Assembly: GCA_021849125.1 (NCBI GenBank)
Contig: JAJZTG010000004.1
Location: 1,025-65,024, forward strand
Length of the DNA stretch: 64,000 bases
From: a bacterium
Lineage (GTDB): Bacteria > Patescibacteriota > Minisyncoccia > Phycocordibacterales > Phycocordibacteraceae
Reading direction: 5' to 3'
Shown piece by piece: positions 1 through 9,611 of this stretch (its first letter is position 1; each line of letters opens with the position of its first letter). A program made the position numbers and the translations under genes. A model generated the notes under the pieces. That model worked only from the letters and a program-made list of their open reading frames with translations, had not been told where the DNA came from and searched no databases.

Positions 1-1
1 C

Positions 2-505
2 CAGAACTATGCTATCTTCCCGTGGCTTACGACGCTCGACAACGTCGCCTTCGGCCTCAAGATGGCAGGGGTGCCGAAAAAAGAACGGGAACGCATCGCA
101 CGAGAAAAACTGAAGGAGGTCGGCCTTGTCGGTGTCGACGACCGCTACCCGATCGCGCTCTCGGGCGGCCAGCGCCAGCGGGTCGGCCTCGCCCGTGCGC
201 TCGCGGTCTCTCCCGATCTCCTCATCCTTGACGAACCGTTCTCAAATCTCGATACCATAACCGCTGAAGCTCTTAAGCTGGACCTCCTTAAGATCTGGGA
301 GAATTACGGCATGACCGTCCTTATGGTAAATCACCTCATTCCCGATGCGGTCGAGCTCTCTGATCAGATCATCATCATGGGTGCGCATCCAGGACACGTG
401 GAAGACGTGTTCTCGATCGACCTGCCTCGCCCGCGCGATATTCGCGCCACTCCTTTCTTCATCCAAGTCGACCGTCTTACCGAGAGGATCCGGAAGATCT
501 CCTAA
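2..505 (+). CDS. ABC transporter ATP-binding protein (NitT/TauT-like), 5'-partial at window edge
   Basis: Frame continuous from window start; LSGGQRQRV signature and DEPFSNLD Walker B; convergent with and overlapping the pyrG stop. Confidence 0.8.
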   Translation, partial: QNYAIFPWLTTLDNVAFGLKMAGVPKKERERIAREKLKEVGLVGVDDRYPIALSGGQRQRVGLARALAVSPDLLILDEPFSNLDTITAEALKLDLLKIWENYGMTVLMVNHLIPDAVELSDQIIIMGAHPGHVEDVFSIDLPRPRDIRATPFFIQVDRLTERIRKIS

Positions 506-2163
506 GCTTTCTTATCGCGTCGTGTGACTGCAGCTTTCAGAAATTCCGTAAAAAGCGGATGGGGCGAGAGCGGGCGTGCCTGGAGCTCCGGGTGAAACTG
601 CGTACCGAGCATGAAAGGATGCACCTCTTTCGGCAGCTCAGCGATTTCCATGAGGACACCGTCCGGTGAGGTGCCCGAGAAGACAAGACCTTCCTTTTCG
701 AGACGTTCCACGTACTCAGGGTTGATCTCGTAGCGATGGCGATGGCGTTCTTCGACCGTCTCGCTCTTGTAGGCACTGCGTGCGATCGTCCCCTTCTTGA
801 TACGGGCCGGATACGCGCCGAGACGCATCGTTCCGCCGTACTTCTGATTGGTGATGAGATCCTTCTGTTCAGGCATCACGTCGACGACCGGTTCGGTGGC
901 GTTCTTCTTGATCTCGGTCGTAGTCGCCTCCTTGAGGCCGAGCACGTTGCGTGCGTATTCGATCACCATGAGCTGCATGCCGTAGCAGAGCCCGAAATAC
1001 GGGATCTTCTTCTCGCGCGCGAAACGTATCGCGCGGATCTTGCCTTCGATGCCTGTCTCGCCGAAACCACCCGGCACGATGATGCCATCAAAGCCGGGAA
1101 GGATCTTGCCGACGTTCGCGCCCTCTTTGTCGAACTCTTTCGAGTTGATCCAGGTGATCTTCGCGCGCTGCCCGATCTTCGCGGCAGAGAACTTGATCGC
1201 CTCGATGACCGAAAGGTATGCATCGGAAAGGACGAAATCGCCCGTATCGAAATATTTTCCTACGACCGCGATCTTCAGCTCGGGAGCAGAACCGTCGGTC
1301 GCCGCAGTGACGAACTTCTTCCATGCGGCAAGTGACGCTTTGCGCTTATCCGGCAAGTGAAGCGCGTCGAGAAGCGCGTCGGAGAGCTTGTCTTTCTCGA
1401 AGTTGAGCGGGGCTTCGTAGATGCTCTTGATGTCCGGAGCTGAGATGACGCGCTCCTTGTGGACGTTACAGGCGATCGCGATCTTCTCCTTGCGCTTATC
1501 GTCGATCGGCTGCGGAGCGCGCGCGATGATGAAGTCGGCTTGGACGCCATAGGAGTTCAGCTCACGAACGGCATGCTGCGTCGGGCGGGTCTTCATCTCG
1601 CCGATGGTACTCGGCACCGGTAAGTACGAGACCATCACGAAGGTGACATCGTCGGGCTGACGCATCTTGAGCTCGCGTGCAGCATCGATGAAAAGCGCGT
1701 TCTGGAAATCGCCGATCGTACCGCCGATCTCGATGACGGAGATCTGGCTCCCGCTTACTTCCGCCGCTTGCCTGATACGGCGCATGATCTCATCGCGCAC
1801 ATGCGGGATGGCTTCGACACACTTGCCGCCGTAACCCAAGGCGCGCTCTTGAGCGATCACTGACTGATATACCATGCCGCTCGTCATGTAGTCGTCGCTC
1901 GTGAGATCGCGGCCGAGGAAGCGTTCGTAGTTGCCCATATCCTGATCGGTCTCGAGTCCGCTCTTCAGGACGAAGGTCTCGCCGTGCTCGGTCGGATTCA
2001 TCGTGCCGGCGTCGACGTTCAGATAGGGATCGACTTTCACGAGATTCACCGGATATCCCTTCTGTTGGAGAAGAAGACCGATCGATGAAGTGACGACGCC
2101 TTTCCCCACGCCGCTCATAACGCCCCCGAGGACGAATATGTACTTGTGACCCTTCCCTGTCAT
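502..2163 (-). CDS. pyrG: CTP synthase
   Basis: 553 aa; N-terminal YIFVLGGVMSGVGKG synthetase domain and C-terminal glutamine amidotransferase domain (GLCYGMQ). Confidence 0.95.
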   Translation of the reverse strand: MTGKGHKYIFVLGGVMSGVGKGVVTSSIGLLLQQKGYPVNLVKVDPYLNVDAGTMNPTEHGETFVLKSGLETDQDMGNYERFLGRDLTSDDYMTSGMVYQSVIAQERALGYGGKCVEAIPHVRDEIMRRIRQAAEVSGSQISVIEIGGTIGDFQNALFIDAARELKMRQPDDVTFVMVSYLPVPSTIGEMKTRPTQHAVRELNSYGVQADFIIARAPQPIDDKRKEKIAIACNVHKERVISAPDIKSIYEAPLNFEKDKLSDALLDALHLPDKRKASLAAWKKFVTAATDGSAPELKIAVVGKYFDTGDFVLSDAYLSVIEAIKFSAAKIGQRAKITWINSKEFDKEGANVGKILPGFDGIIVPGGFGETGIEGKIRAIRFAREKKIPYFGLCYGMQLMVIEYARNVLGLKEATTTEIKKNATEPVVDVMPEQKDLITNQKYGGTMRLGAYPARIKKGTIARSAYKSETVEERHRHRYEINPEYVERLEKEGLVFSGTSPDGVLMEIAELPKEVHPFMLGTQFHPELQARPLSPHPLFTEFLKAAVTRRDKKA

Positions 2164-2165
2164 AC

Positions 2166-3092
2166 CTATACCTTCAGATATTTACGGATAGCGAGAACGG
2201 ACGCTACGGCGCCAAGCGCGATACCGGAAAGCATGAGGAGAAGGAAGACCTCGATGAAATGATGGCCATAATACGCGGCGACATTAAATCCGCCGAACCA
2301 ATCGGAAGATCGCATGCCGGCGTACCAGGTCATAGGCCAAAGAAGGAGCAGGACGATGCTTGCCGCGATGATGCCGGTAATGACGCCGGTCACGATGAAC
2401 GGTCCTTGTACGTATGCGCCGCTTGCGCCCACGAGCCGCATGACCGCGATCTCGTCGCGTGCGACGTAGATCGCGAGACGGACGGTCGCGAAAGCGATGA
2501 GGATCGAAGCTATGGCGAAGAGAATCACGACGGCGAAACCGATCTCCCTTGTCGCCTTGATCGCGACCGAGAGCCGATTGATGACCTCCTTATTCTGCGC
2601 ATAGTTGATGCGATCGATGATCGACGTCCCTCCCGAAGAAAGCGCAGGCGACGCTTCGAGGAATTGGACGATGCTCTCGTACTCCGAAGGGTCCTTCGCT
2701 CGGATCTCGAGCGAGGCATCAAGCGGGTTCCCGCCGAGCTCATCAAGCGCCTGGAGCGTGAGCTGGTCGGTCGCATGACGTTCGCGGAATGCGGCGAGCG
2801 CATCTTCAGCTGAGGTATAGGAAACGTTTGCTACTTGCGGGAGCTTCTCGATCTGGCTCTTTACCGAGAGGATGTCGGCTTCGCTCGCGCTCGTAACGAA
2901 ATACACCGACACGTCCACTTTGTCCTTGATCGTATCGAGCGTGAACGTGAGGAGCGCGGAGAGGAAGATGAGTGAACCGATGATCGAAAGGGTCACCGTC
3001 ATGATGAGGACGGTTGCAGCAGAGACGGCCCCGCCTCGCATGAAACTTTTCGCACCGCTGCCGAGCACCCGTTTGAAAATCATCCAATCCAT
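2166..3092 (-). CDS. ftsX: Cell division permease FtsX-like
   Basis: 308 aa; 4-TM FtsX topology with periplasmic loop; immediately downstream of ftsE. Confidence 0.85.
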   Translation of the reverse strand: MDWMIFKRVLGSGAKSFMRGGAVSAATVLIMTVTLSIIGSLIFLSALLTFTLDTIKDKVDVSVYFVTSASEADILSVKSQIEKLPQVANVSYTSAEDALAAFRERHATDQLTLQALDELGGNPLDASLEIRAKDPSEYESIVQFLEASPALSSGGTSIIDRINYAQNKEVINRLSVAIKATREIGFAVVILFAIASILIAFATVRLAIYVARDEIAVMRLVGASGAYVQGPFIVTGVITGIIAASIVLLLLWPMTWYAGMRSSDWFGGFNVAAYYGHHFIEVFLLLMLSGIALGAVASVLAIRKYLKV

Positions 3093-3097
3093 AGTGA

Positions 3098-3787
3098 TTA
3101 CAGTATATACTTCCCGGTCGCGTCATCGCGCACGATCTTGCCGCGGTCGATGGTGATGACTCGCTTCCCGACCGCTTCGACGATGCCTTTGTTGTGCGTC
3201 GTGATGATGACGGTCGTGCCGAGCTCATTGACCTTCTTCAGGATCTCGACGATCTCATACGTGTTGATCGGGTCGAGATTGCCGGTCGGCTCGTCGGCGA
3301 TGATGAGATCAGGCTGGTTGATGATCGCACGACCGATGGCGACACGCTGCTTCTCACCGCCTGAAAGCTGGTCGGGGAAATGACGGGCTTTGTCGGATAG
3401 GTTTACGAGCTCAAGGATGTAAGGCACGTCGCTTGCGATCTCTTCATCGGTACGACCTGCCGCTTCCATGGCAAAGGCGATGTTCTCGTACGCGGTCTTA
3501 TTAGGGATGAGGCGGAAATCCTGGAAGACCATGCCGATACGGCGACGGTAGTGGTGCAGTGCGGAGTTGGGCAAATCGTTCACATCGACCGACTCAAAGA
3601 AGACATTTCCTTCTGATGGGCGCTCCTCAGCGAGCAGGAGTTTGAGGAGGGTGGTCTTGCCGGCGCCTGAGTGGCCGACGATAGAAAGGAATTCCTTAGG
3701 GGCGACGGAGAGCGTGACGTCCTCGAGGGCTGCCAGGTCACCGTATTTCTTCGTCACCTTATCGAAATAAATCATCTCGTCCTCCAT
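3098..3787 (-). CDS. ftsE: Cell division ATP-binding protein FtsE
   Basis: Walker [24 protein letters not shown], Walker [12 protein letters not shown]; start may be the internal MIYFDKV. Confidence 0.9.
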   Translation of the reverse strand: MEDEMIYFDKVTKKYGDLAALEDVTLSVAPKEFLSIVGHSGAGKTTLLKLLLAEERPSEGNVFFESVDVNDLPNSALHHYRRRIGMVFQDFRLIPNKTAYENIAFAMEAAGRTDEEIASDVPYILELVNLSDKARHFPDQLSGGEKQRVAIGRAIINQPDLIIADEPTGNLDPINTYEIVEILKKVNELGTTVIITTHNKGIVEAVGKRVITIDRGKIVRDDATGKYIL

Positions 3788-3857
3788 TGTACCCCGCGCT
3801 GGTCCGCTTTCAAAGCAACGTAGGCGCTGCCTCTCCTAGGAGGCATGGGGATAAGGG

Positions 3858-4742
3858 TTATTCGTCCGCCGTATCGCCTGCGACTACCGCGTCGATAAAG
3901 GGATCAAGGTCACCTTCGAGCACTTTTTCCGGATTTCCTGACTCGTGGCCAGTACGATGGTCTTTCACCATCTTGTACGGATGGAGCACATAGGAGCGAA
4001 TCTGACTCCCCCACTCGTTCGCGGTCGTCGCGGCGATAGAGCGGCCCTTGGCAGCCGCTTCGCGTTCGGCTTCTTCCTTGGCGAAGATCTTTGCGGCAAG
4101 GAGCGCGAAGGCTTTCTCGCGATTAGCCTGCTGGCTGCGCTCGCTTGAGACGTGCACTGAGAGGCCGGTCGGCTTGTGAAGGAGCCGTACGGCCGTCTCG
4201 ACCTTGTTCACGTTCTGCCCGCCCGCGCCTCCGGCGCGGGCAAACGTCATCTCTACATCAGACGGATCGATACTCACGTCTTCATTTGCTGCAAGCACCG
4301 GCAGCACCTCGACAAGCGCGAAGCTCGTCTGACGTTTTGCGTTCGCATTGAAGGGCGAGATGCGCACGAGACGATGCACGCCTGCTTCGTGCTTGAGACG
4401 GCCATAGGCGCCAGGACCCGAAACCTCGATAAGCACGTTCCGATATCCGCCGTGCGGATTCTCATTGCCGTGGAGCTCGTGCGTACGCCAGCCTTTGCTT
4501 GCAGCATACCCTTCGTACATGCGCCTGAGCATCCGTGCGAAGTCTTCGGCATCATCACCACCCGCACCCGCGAGGATTGCAAGAGTCGCGTTCCCGCTGT
4601 CGTGAGGATCGCCAGAGCCGCCCTCCTTGAGCGACTGGTACTCTGCGACCGCACGCTGTGCCGCATCCTTGTCTGCCCAGAAATCGGGCGATGCCATCAT
4701 CGCTTCGAGTTCTGTAATCCGCGTTTCTCGGGATTCGTCCAT
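3858..4742 (-). CDS. prfB: Peptide chain release factor 2 (short N-terminus, no programmed frameshift visible)
   Basis: SPF tripeptide motif ([15 protein letters not shown]) and GGQ motif ([17 protein letters not shown]); 294 aa. Confidence 0.85.
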   Translation of the reverse strand: MDESRETRITELEAMMASPDFWADKDAAQRAVAEYQSLKEGGSGDPHDSGNATLAILAGAGGDDAEDFARMLRRMYEGYAASKGWRTHELHGNENPHGGYRNVLIEVSGPGAYGRLKHEAGVHRLVRISPFNANAKRQTSFALVEVLPVLAANEDVSIDPSDVEMTFARAGGAGGQNVNKVETAVRLLHKPTGLSVHVSSERSQQANREKAFALLAAKIFAKEEAEREAAAKGRSIAATTANEWGSQIRSYVLHPYKMVKDHRTGHESGNPEKVLEGDLDPFIDAVVAGDTADE

Positions 4743-4760
4743 ATATAGAGAGAGTGTAAA

Positions 4761-4795
4761 CGAAAAACGCCGGTTCCGCGATGCGGAACCGGCGT
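4761..4795 (-). terminator. Rho-independent terminator-like hairpin downstream of the tRNA cluster
   Basis: cgccggttccgc/gcggaaccggcg stem followed (minus sense) by TTTTTCGTTT; only ~18 nt before the prfB ATG. Confidence 0.55.
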
Positions 4796-4799
4796 CCTT

Positions 4800-4875
4800 T
4801 GGAGCCGGAGGTCGGGCTTGAACCGACGACCTATGGTTTACGATACCATTGCTCTACCAACTGAGCTACTCCGGC
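4800..4875 (-). tRNA. tRNA-Thr (anticodon CGT), CCA encoded
   Basis: Manual cloverleaf: GCCGGAG acceptor, GCTC/GAGC D-stem, ATGGT-ATCGTAA-ACCAT anticodon arm, GTCGG-TTCAAGC-CCGAC T-arm. Confidence 0.9.
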
Positions 4876-4886
4876 AATCTGTTTAT

Positions 4887-4954
4887 TTTAGCCTGATTAA
4901 CCCCTTTGTGGACGACACTGGCCACAGGCCTTCCACCAACTGAGCTACTCCTGC
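4887..4954 (-). pseudogene. tRNA fragment (duplicate of tRNA-Thr 5' ~20 nt) without T-arm or acceptor 3' strand
   Basis: GCAGGAGTAGCTCAGTTGGT matches the 5' end of the neighbouring tRNA-Thr; no complementary 3' acceptor strand found. Confidence 0.35.
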
Positions 4955-5003
4955 AGAAATGCACTTTTGCGAGTCTATCGCAAAAACTGTCCTACGAACA
5001 GTG

Positions 5004-5076
5004 AGCCGGGAGTCGGGATTGAACCGACGACCCCCACCTTACCATGGTGGTGCTCTACCAACTGAGCTATCCCGGC
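5004..5076 (-). tRNA. tRNA-Thr (anticodon GGT)
   Basis: Manual cloverleaf: GCCGGGA/TCCCGGC acceptor, CCACC-ATGGTAA-GGTGG anticodon arm, GTCGG-TTCAATC-CCGAC T-arm. Confidence 0.9.
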
Positions 5077-5347
5077 ATCGCACGCACGGTGCGTACTACG
5101 AGAGTACGCTATTTCTTCCCTTCTTTCAACCGCATAAAAGCAGGAAGCCCCTTCCGGTGCTTCCTGCTTTTATGCGCGAGAGACGAGCTCGGTCAGGAAT
5201 AATTTGTTCGCCGTCGCTCACAAATTTTCACGACCCTGCCTCGCTATGCTCGCATACAGCTCCGGCTTTCGAGTTCCTTTTTGAGCTGCGCTCAAAACTC
5301 TCGCTTCGTAAAGCAAAACACGCCGACGAGGCGTGTTTTGCTAACTG

Positions 5348-5421
5348 CGCGAGAGACGGGACTCGAACCCGCAACCTTCCGCGTGACAGGCGGATGCTCT
5401 AACCAGTTGAGCTACTCCCGC
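5348..5421 (-). tRNA. tRNA-Asp (anticodon GTC)
   Basis: Manual cloverleaf: GCGGGAG/CTCTCGC acceptor, CCGCC-TGTCACG-GCGGA-type anticodon arm with GTC, GCGGG-TTCGAGT-CCCGT T-arm, discriminator G. Confidence 0.9.
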
Positions 5422-5489
5422 AAGCGAGGGTCGAAATAAAGCTGGCTTTCATTTCACCCGAGCGCAGCGGGTGCAAGCCTGAAAGGCTT

Positions 5490-5640
5490 ACTCCCACAAA
5501 GTGAGGCAAACAAAGCGCGAAGCGCAACCCGTGAGAGACGCAGAAAATCACATGCTTTTGTGATTTTCTGCGGGTCGAGCGGGTTGGCGCCCCAAGGCGC
5601 CTGTTTCGCCGAACGCCGCAGGGAGAAGGCTTTGCCTACT
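5490..5640 (-). repeat. Conserved ~130-150 nt tRNA leader block, copy 1 (upstream of tRNA-Asp)
   Basis: Shares aagtgaggcaaacRaagcgcgRagcgc...gaaaatcRc hairpin...gtttcgccgaacgYcgc with the copy at 5774-5905. Confidence 0.5.
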
Positions 5641-5699
5641 ACCGCAACGGTTTTTGCATCTTACCAGAATGCTCTCGGATTGTCTCCTTTTGATACGGG

Positions 5700-5773
5700 T
5701 GCCGGGGGGCGGGAATGATCCGCCGACCTTAGCGTTATGAATGCTACGCTCTAACCAACTGAGCTACCCCGGC
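5700..5773 (-). tRNA. tRNA-Met (anticodon CAT; could be Ile2-lysidine type) with atypical T-loop
   Basis: GCCGGGG/CCCCGGC acceptor, TAGCA-TTCATAA-CGCTA anticodon arm, T-arm GGCGG-ATCATTC-CCGCC (A54/T58 instead of T54/A58). Confidence 0.75.
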
Positions 5774-5905
5774 AAAGTGAGGCAAACGAAGCGCGGAGCG
5801 CGACTCCGTGAGGGTCGTGAGAAAATCGCGCTCAAGAGTGATTTTATCACGAGACGAAACGAAGTCGGGCCGAAGGCCCGTTTCGCCGAACGTCGCCGGG
5901 GTATG
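5774..5905 (-). repeat. Conserved tRNA leader block, copy 2 (abuts the 5' end of tRNA-Met)
   Basis: Sequence similarity to 5490-5640 including the gaaaatc...gatttt hairpin. Confidence 0.5.
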
Positions 5906-5945
5906 GGCATTTCCATACCACGGCAATCCTACGAGACTACCAGAT

Positions 5946-7520
5946 TTATGCGGGTAGCTCAACGATGAAAGTCGAACCCTTCTCAGCCCCTTCCGACTCT
6001 GCACGGATCGTACCGCCATGCGCTTCCGTGACTTGCTTAGCGATGAAAAGGCCGTAGCCGGTCGAGTTCACGTTCACCTTCTGCGAATCCTTTCCGTGGC
6101 CTCCTTCGGTAAAGAGGTGTGCCTTGTCCTCATCGGTAATACCGACACCCGTGTCTTTCACGCTGAAGACGTACTTGCCTTCGACCTTCTGGAGCGACAC
6201 GGTTATCGAGCCTGTCGGCGTATAGTTGACCGCATTATCGATCAGGTTACGAAGCACATGATCCCCGATCTCGCCCCGATCGCCCATCATGGCGAATGCA
6301 CCCTCAGGAGCCGTAAACGCAAGCGTGAGCCCCTTTACTTCCGCAGCCTGGCGTGCCTTCTCGACAGAATCTTGAACGAGTTCCTTCAGATCAAACGGTT
6401 CCTTCTTGAACGTGGTCGTTCCGCGCTTCAGGTTCGATGCCTTCAAGATATCGCTCACGCTCGTGACGCCATCTTCAGCATCCTGAAGCGCACGTACGAC
6501 GAACGGCTTCATGGTTTCGGAAAGTTCACCCAAATCGCCATCGACCAGGAGCGAGAAGACGCCCTGAGCCTTCGTAAGATACCCCTTCACCTCGTGCCCG
6601 ATGAAGTGGATGAGCCCCTCCTGCCGCTCATTGGTCTCCTTGAGCTCTTCGGTAAGCTGTCGCAGGCTTAGCGTATCTTGTACGATCCGCACGCTCCCGA
6701 GAAGGACGACGAGGAAAGCCGCGATATTAATCGCAATAGCGCTTGCAGAGGTTGAATAGAGGATATTCACGAAACTGAATACCGTGACCATGAAGCCCAA
6801 GAACGCAGTCGTCGCGACCTTCAGATTAAAAAGATGGTGCTTATAGATCGCATATGACGTAAGAGCGACAAAGGGTAAAAGGAAGAGTGCGCCGAGCGGA
6901 ACGAAGCCCGATTCGTTGAAGGCCGCCGGTAGGATGAAATTGAAGGTGAGGAGGAACGTAAACGTGATCGCCATGCCAATGATCACCATCGTATACGGTT
7001 GCCGCTCCCCTTTCGGAGCTCGCATCGTATTGCGCACCAAGCGCCAGATCGCCGTAGCTATGAGATAGAACACAACTATGCCGAAAAGCGGCATCGCGAT
7101 GCCTGGCTGAAGTCCATAGATCGTCCCGCTTGCCGTCACGCTCGTCACGCGTTCAAAGACATACGGGGTAAGTGCCAAGATAGAGACCGTACCCACGACC
7201 GGAATGAGCACGTACATGCCCCATCTCGACTCAAGATAGTGCTCATCGGGAAAGACGGTGGTGAGGTGGTAGAACGTGTACGCATGCCAGACTGCAAAGA
7301 ACATCACTCCGCGCAAGAGCCAGAACGCGAGGTCTCCTGCTGGCAGCTGATATGAGACGTAATTGAAGATGCTCCAAAAGACCGTTATGCCAGCGAAATA
7401 GAAAAAAGCACGGTTCGTCGCGGAGCGCGGATTATGAAAGAGGATAACGAAACCGAGCAAGCCAATACCTGCGACCGCGATGCCTACCGAAAGAAGATCG
7501 AGATTAAGGAATCCATCCAT
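5946..7520 (-). CDS. Sensor histidine kinase with N-terminal multi-TM (7TM-type) sensor domain; no cognate regulator adjacent
   Basis: About 8 predicted TM helices, H-box HEVKGYLT, HATPase_c G-boxes (GYGLFIAKQVTEAHGG). Confidence 0.85.
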   Translation of the reverse strand: MDGFLNLDLLSVGIAVAGIGLLGFVILFHNPRSATNRAFFYFAGITVFWSIFNYVSYQLPAGDLAFWLLRGVMFFAVWHAYTFYHLTTVFPDEHYLESRWGMYVLIPVVGTVSILALTPYVFERVTSVTASGTIYGLQPGIAMPLFGIVVFYLIATAIWRLVRNTMRAPKGERQPYTMVIIGMAITFTFLLTFNFILPAAFNESGFVPLGALFLLPFVALTSYAIYKHHLFNLKVATTAFLGFMVTVFSFVNILYSTSASAIAINIAAFLVVLLGSVRIVQDTLSLRQLTEELKETNERQEGLIHFIGHEVKGYLTKAQGVFSLLVDGDLGELSETMKPFVVRALQDAEDGVTSVSDILKASNLKRGTTTFKKEPFDLKELVQDSVEKARQAAEVKGLTLAFTAPEGAFAMMGDRGEIGDHVLRNLIDNAVNYTPTGSITVSLQKVEGKYVFSVKDTGVGITDEDKAHLFTEGGHGKDSQKVNVNSTGYGLFIAKQVTEAHGGTIRAESEGAEKGSTFIVELPA

Positions 7521-7537
7521 AGGAATCTACCGGCAGA

Positions 7538-8599
7538 TCACTTCTGATGATCTGCGCGAGTCAGGCCGCTATCGAATGAGAAAGCGTACCGTCCCGACGA
7601 TAGCGGACGCCCGAGCACGATTGCCTTGGCAGCATAGCAAAGGGCGGCACCGCGCATGAATGACGATTCGGCGAGCTGTGGGATGCCGACGAGCGTCTCT
7701 CCGAACTGTGCGAATGATTCGACCAATCGGGTATCAAGATATTCTGTGCCCATGAAATCGCGCGCAAGCGCCACCTTCTCTTGCGGCGTCTTCGGCGGTA
7801 TCCCGCCGGCGATGGCCGCGCGAACATGTTCTGGGAGAAGTCCGTTGAGGATAGGCGTATCCGGCTCAAGATCATACCGCTCGACATCGAGAAGGACACC
7901 CTCTCCGTTGCCCGTCACCATGATGACCGGGACGCCGTGCTCGCGCGCCACTTCGCGCACTCGAAGCTTGAGCGGTAACGCATCCATCTCTTCGACCAGC
8001 AGATCGATCTTCGGGTCCGCGATGAATGCTTCGATCGTATCCAACGCAAGGCCCTGTTCCCAAAGCTCCACGTCGTAGTAGGGGTCGACTTCAAGGATCT
8101 GCTGCGCCGAAAGAGTGGCTTTGTTCATGCCGAGGTCAGGCAGCCCGGCGCGGAAACGGTTCAGGTTCGTTACCGAGAGCTCATCCAGATCGGCAAGCTT
8201 GACCGTGTGAGCCCCTCCTTCAAGCGCGATGCAGAGCGCGCCAGGATTACCGACATTGAGTCCTGCGAAACCGATCTTCGCCTGTGCGAAACGTGCCTGT
8301 TCGTCCGAGGTCAGAAGGTTGCGGTTCCGATTAGTGCGCAATTCACGATAGGCCTCGGGACCGACGATACGCACGAGGCTCTTCCTCCATGGGTATACGG
8401 CGACGAATTCGCCAGGTTCCGTCGTGAGCGCGGCTGGCTCTGACCCGACCGACTGCGGATCGCGTATATCAGCCAATTCCTTGCATTGCTCGTCATAAGT
8501 ATCGACGAAGGCATACCCCTCTTCACGCAGTTTCGCGATGACTGACGCATCCTCGCTCTCCTGCGGATTAAGAAGTCGGACGGAAAAAGAGCTCGTCAT
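7538..8599 (-). CDS. ThiF/MoeB/E1-like adenylyltransferase-fold protein with ~110-aa N-terminal extension
   Basis: KIGFAGLNVGNPGALCIALEGG...DLDELSVTNLNRF matches the E1 Rossmann and D-x-D-x-x-SNLNRQ motifs; no CxxC zinc tetrad. Confidence 0.7.
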   Translation of the reverse strand: MTSSFSVRLLNPQESEDASVIAKLREEGYAFVDTYDEQCKELADIRDPQSVGSEPAALTTEPGEFVAVYPWRKSLVRIVGPEAYRELRTNRNRNLLTSDEQARFAQAKIGFAGLNVGNPGALCIALEGGAHTVKLADLDELSVTNLNRFRAGLPDLGMNKATLSAQQILEVDPYYDVELWEQGLALDTIEAFIADPKIDLLVEEMDALPLKLRVREVAREHGVPVIMVTGNGEGVLLDVERYDLEPDTPILNGLLPEHVRAAIAGGIPPKTPQEKVALARDFMGTEYLDTRLVESFAQFGETLVGIPQLAESSFMRGAALCYAAKAIVLGRPLSSGRYAFSFDSGLTRADHQK

Positions 8600-8601
8600 G
8601 A

Positions 8602-9606
8602 TTATGTAAGCTTAGCATCGACTGCGACGCGCGGCGTGCGCCAAGACACTTCCCCTGGCAGTTTGCCGGCCACAAAGACGAATTGGAGCGGCTCGGCAAA
8701 CCCGAACACCGCACCGACTTCCGCGCGCGTATCAGGATATTCGATCGAAGCCACGAATACGGAATAATCGAACGCATGCGCCGTAAGCGTCAACGCAGCA
8801 TGCGATGCGGCATACCCGACCGAAAGCCATCCTGAAATACCCTCTTCTGCGGAAAAACCGAACGCTGCTGGCGCGGATGCGATGGATCCACGATTAAGCT
8901 TCGCGAGCACTTTCCCCATGTTTACGAAACGGATGACCGTCGGGAGGATCCAGCTCATGATAAGCGGCTGATTGAGCGTGTAGCCCGGCAAACCGGTCTT
9001 GCGTGGCGATCCGGTCGGCGTTATCCATTTCGACATCTCTCGTCGGAAGGCCGGTCGCGCGTAGACTCTCATCATGTTCTTCGCCGTCGCTTCAGCGATA
9101 GTATTCCGTGCGACCTCATCCGTAACCGCACGCACGACACACTGCTCGGCAATTCTTCCTGGAATTGCAAGCGCCTCAGCAAGCACGTCTTGAGGGATTA
9201 CCTCTTTACCGAAAAGGCCGCGCCGATTCCTTCGTGTGAAAATGGCTTCCGCAAGCGAGGAAGTGCTTGCGCTTTTAGTCGCTGGAGAGAAGCTTATTTC
9301 GGCAAGATACTCGCTGCCGTCCCCAAGCGTGATCTGCGGATCCATCGAGAGCCACTTGGCCAGCTGCTCTATGTGATGAATGAGAAAACCGATACTCACA
9401 TGCGTATAGCGATACTGCGGATCCGACTGCGGCAATACGATAGCAGTGTCGCGCAGGATGCGAAGGCGGTTGTGCTTGAGATCGAAAAGCCAAGGTTGGC
9501 TGTTGTGTGTCGATGGTGCGCGTACGGCGGCCGTAAGCAACTGCTTGATTTGCTCCTCAATGCTCCCAGCAAACGGAAAACGTTCCTCAAAAGTTGTTGC
9601 GTTCAT
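8602..9606 (-). CDS. Nitroreductase-family FMN protein (SagB/ThcOx-type or Acg-type)
   Basis: APSTHNSQPW motif; 334 aa; translationally coupled to the E1-like gene (3-nt gap). Confidence 0.75.
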   Translation of the reverse strand: MNATTFEERFPFAGSIEEQIKQLLTAAVRAPSTHNSQPWLFDLKHNRLRILRDTAIVLPQSDPQYRYTHVSIGFLIHHIEQLAKWLSMDPQITLGDGSEYLAEISFSPATKSASTSSLAEAIFTRRNRRGLFGKEVIPQDVLAEALAIPGRIAEQCVVRAVTDEVARNTIAEATAKNMMRVYARPAFRREMSKWITPTGSPRKTGLPGYTLNQPLIMSWILPTVIRFVNMGKVLAKLNRGSIASAPAAFGFSAEEGISGWLSVGYAASHAALTLTAHAFDYSVFVASIEYPDTRAEVGAVFGFAEPLQFVFVAGKLPGEVSWRTPRVAVDAKLT

Positions 9607-9611
9607 GGTAA

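Noticed and set aside
4743-4800. Possible programmed-frameshift N-terminal exon of prfB
   Set aside because: The interval is occupied by a hairpin/T-tract and the tRNA-Thr 3' end; there is no in-frame or +1 ORF and no shift site.
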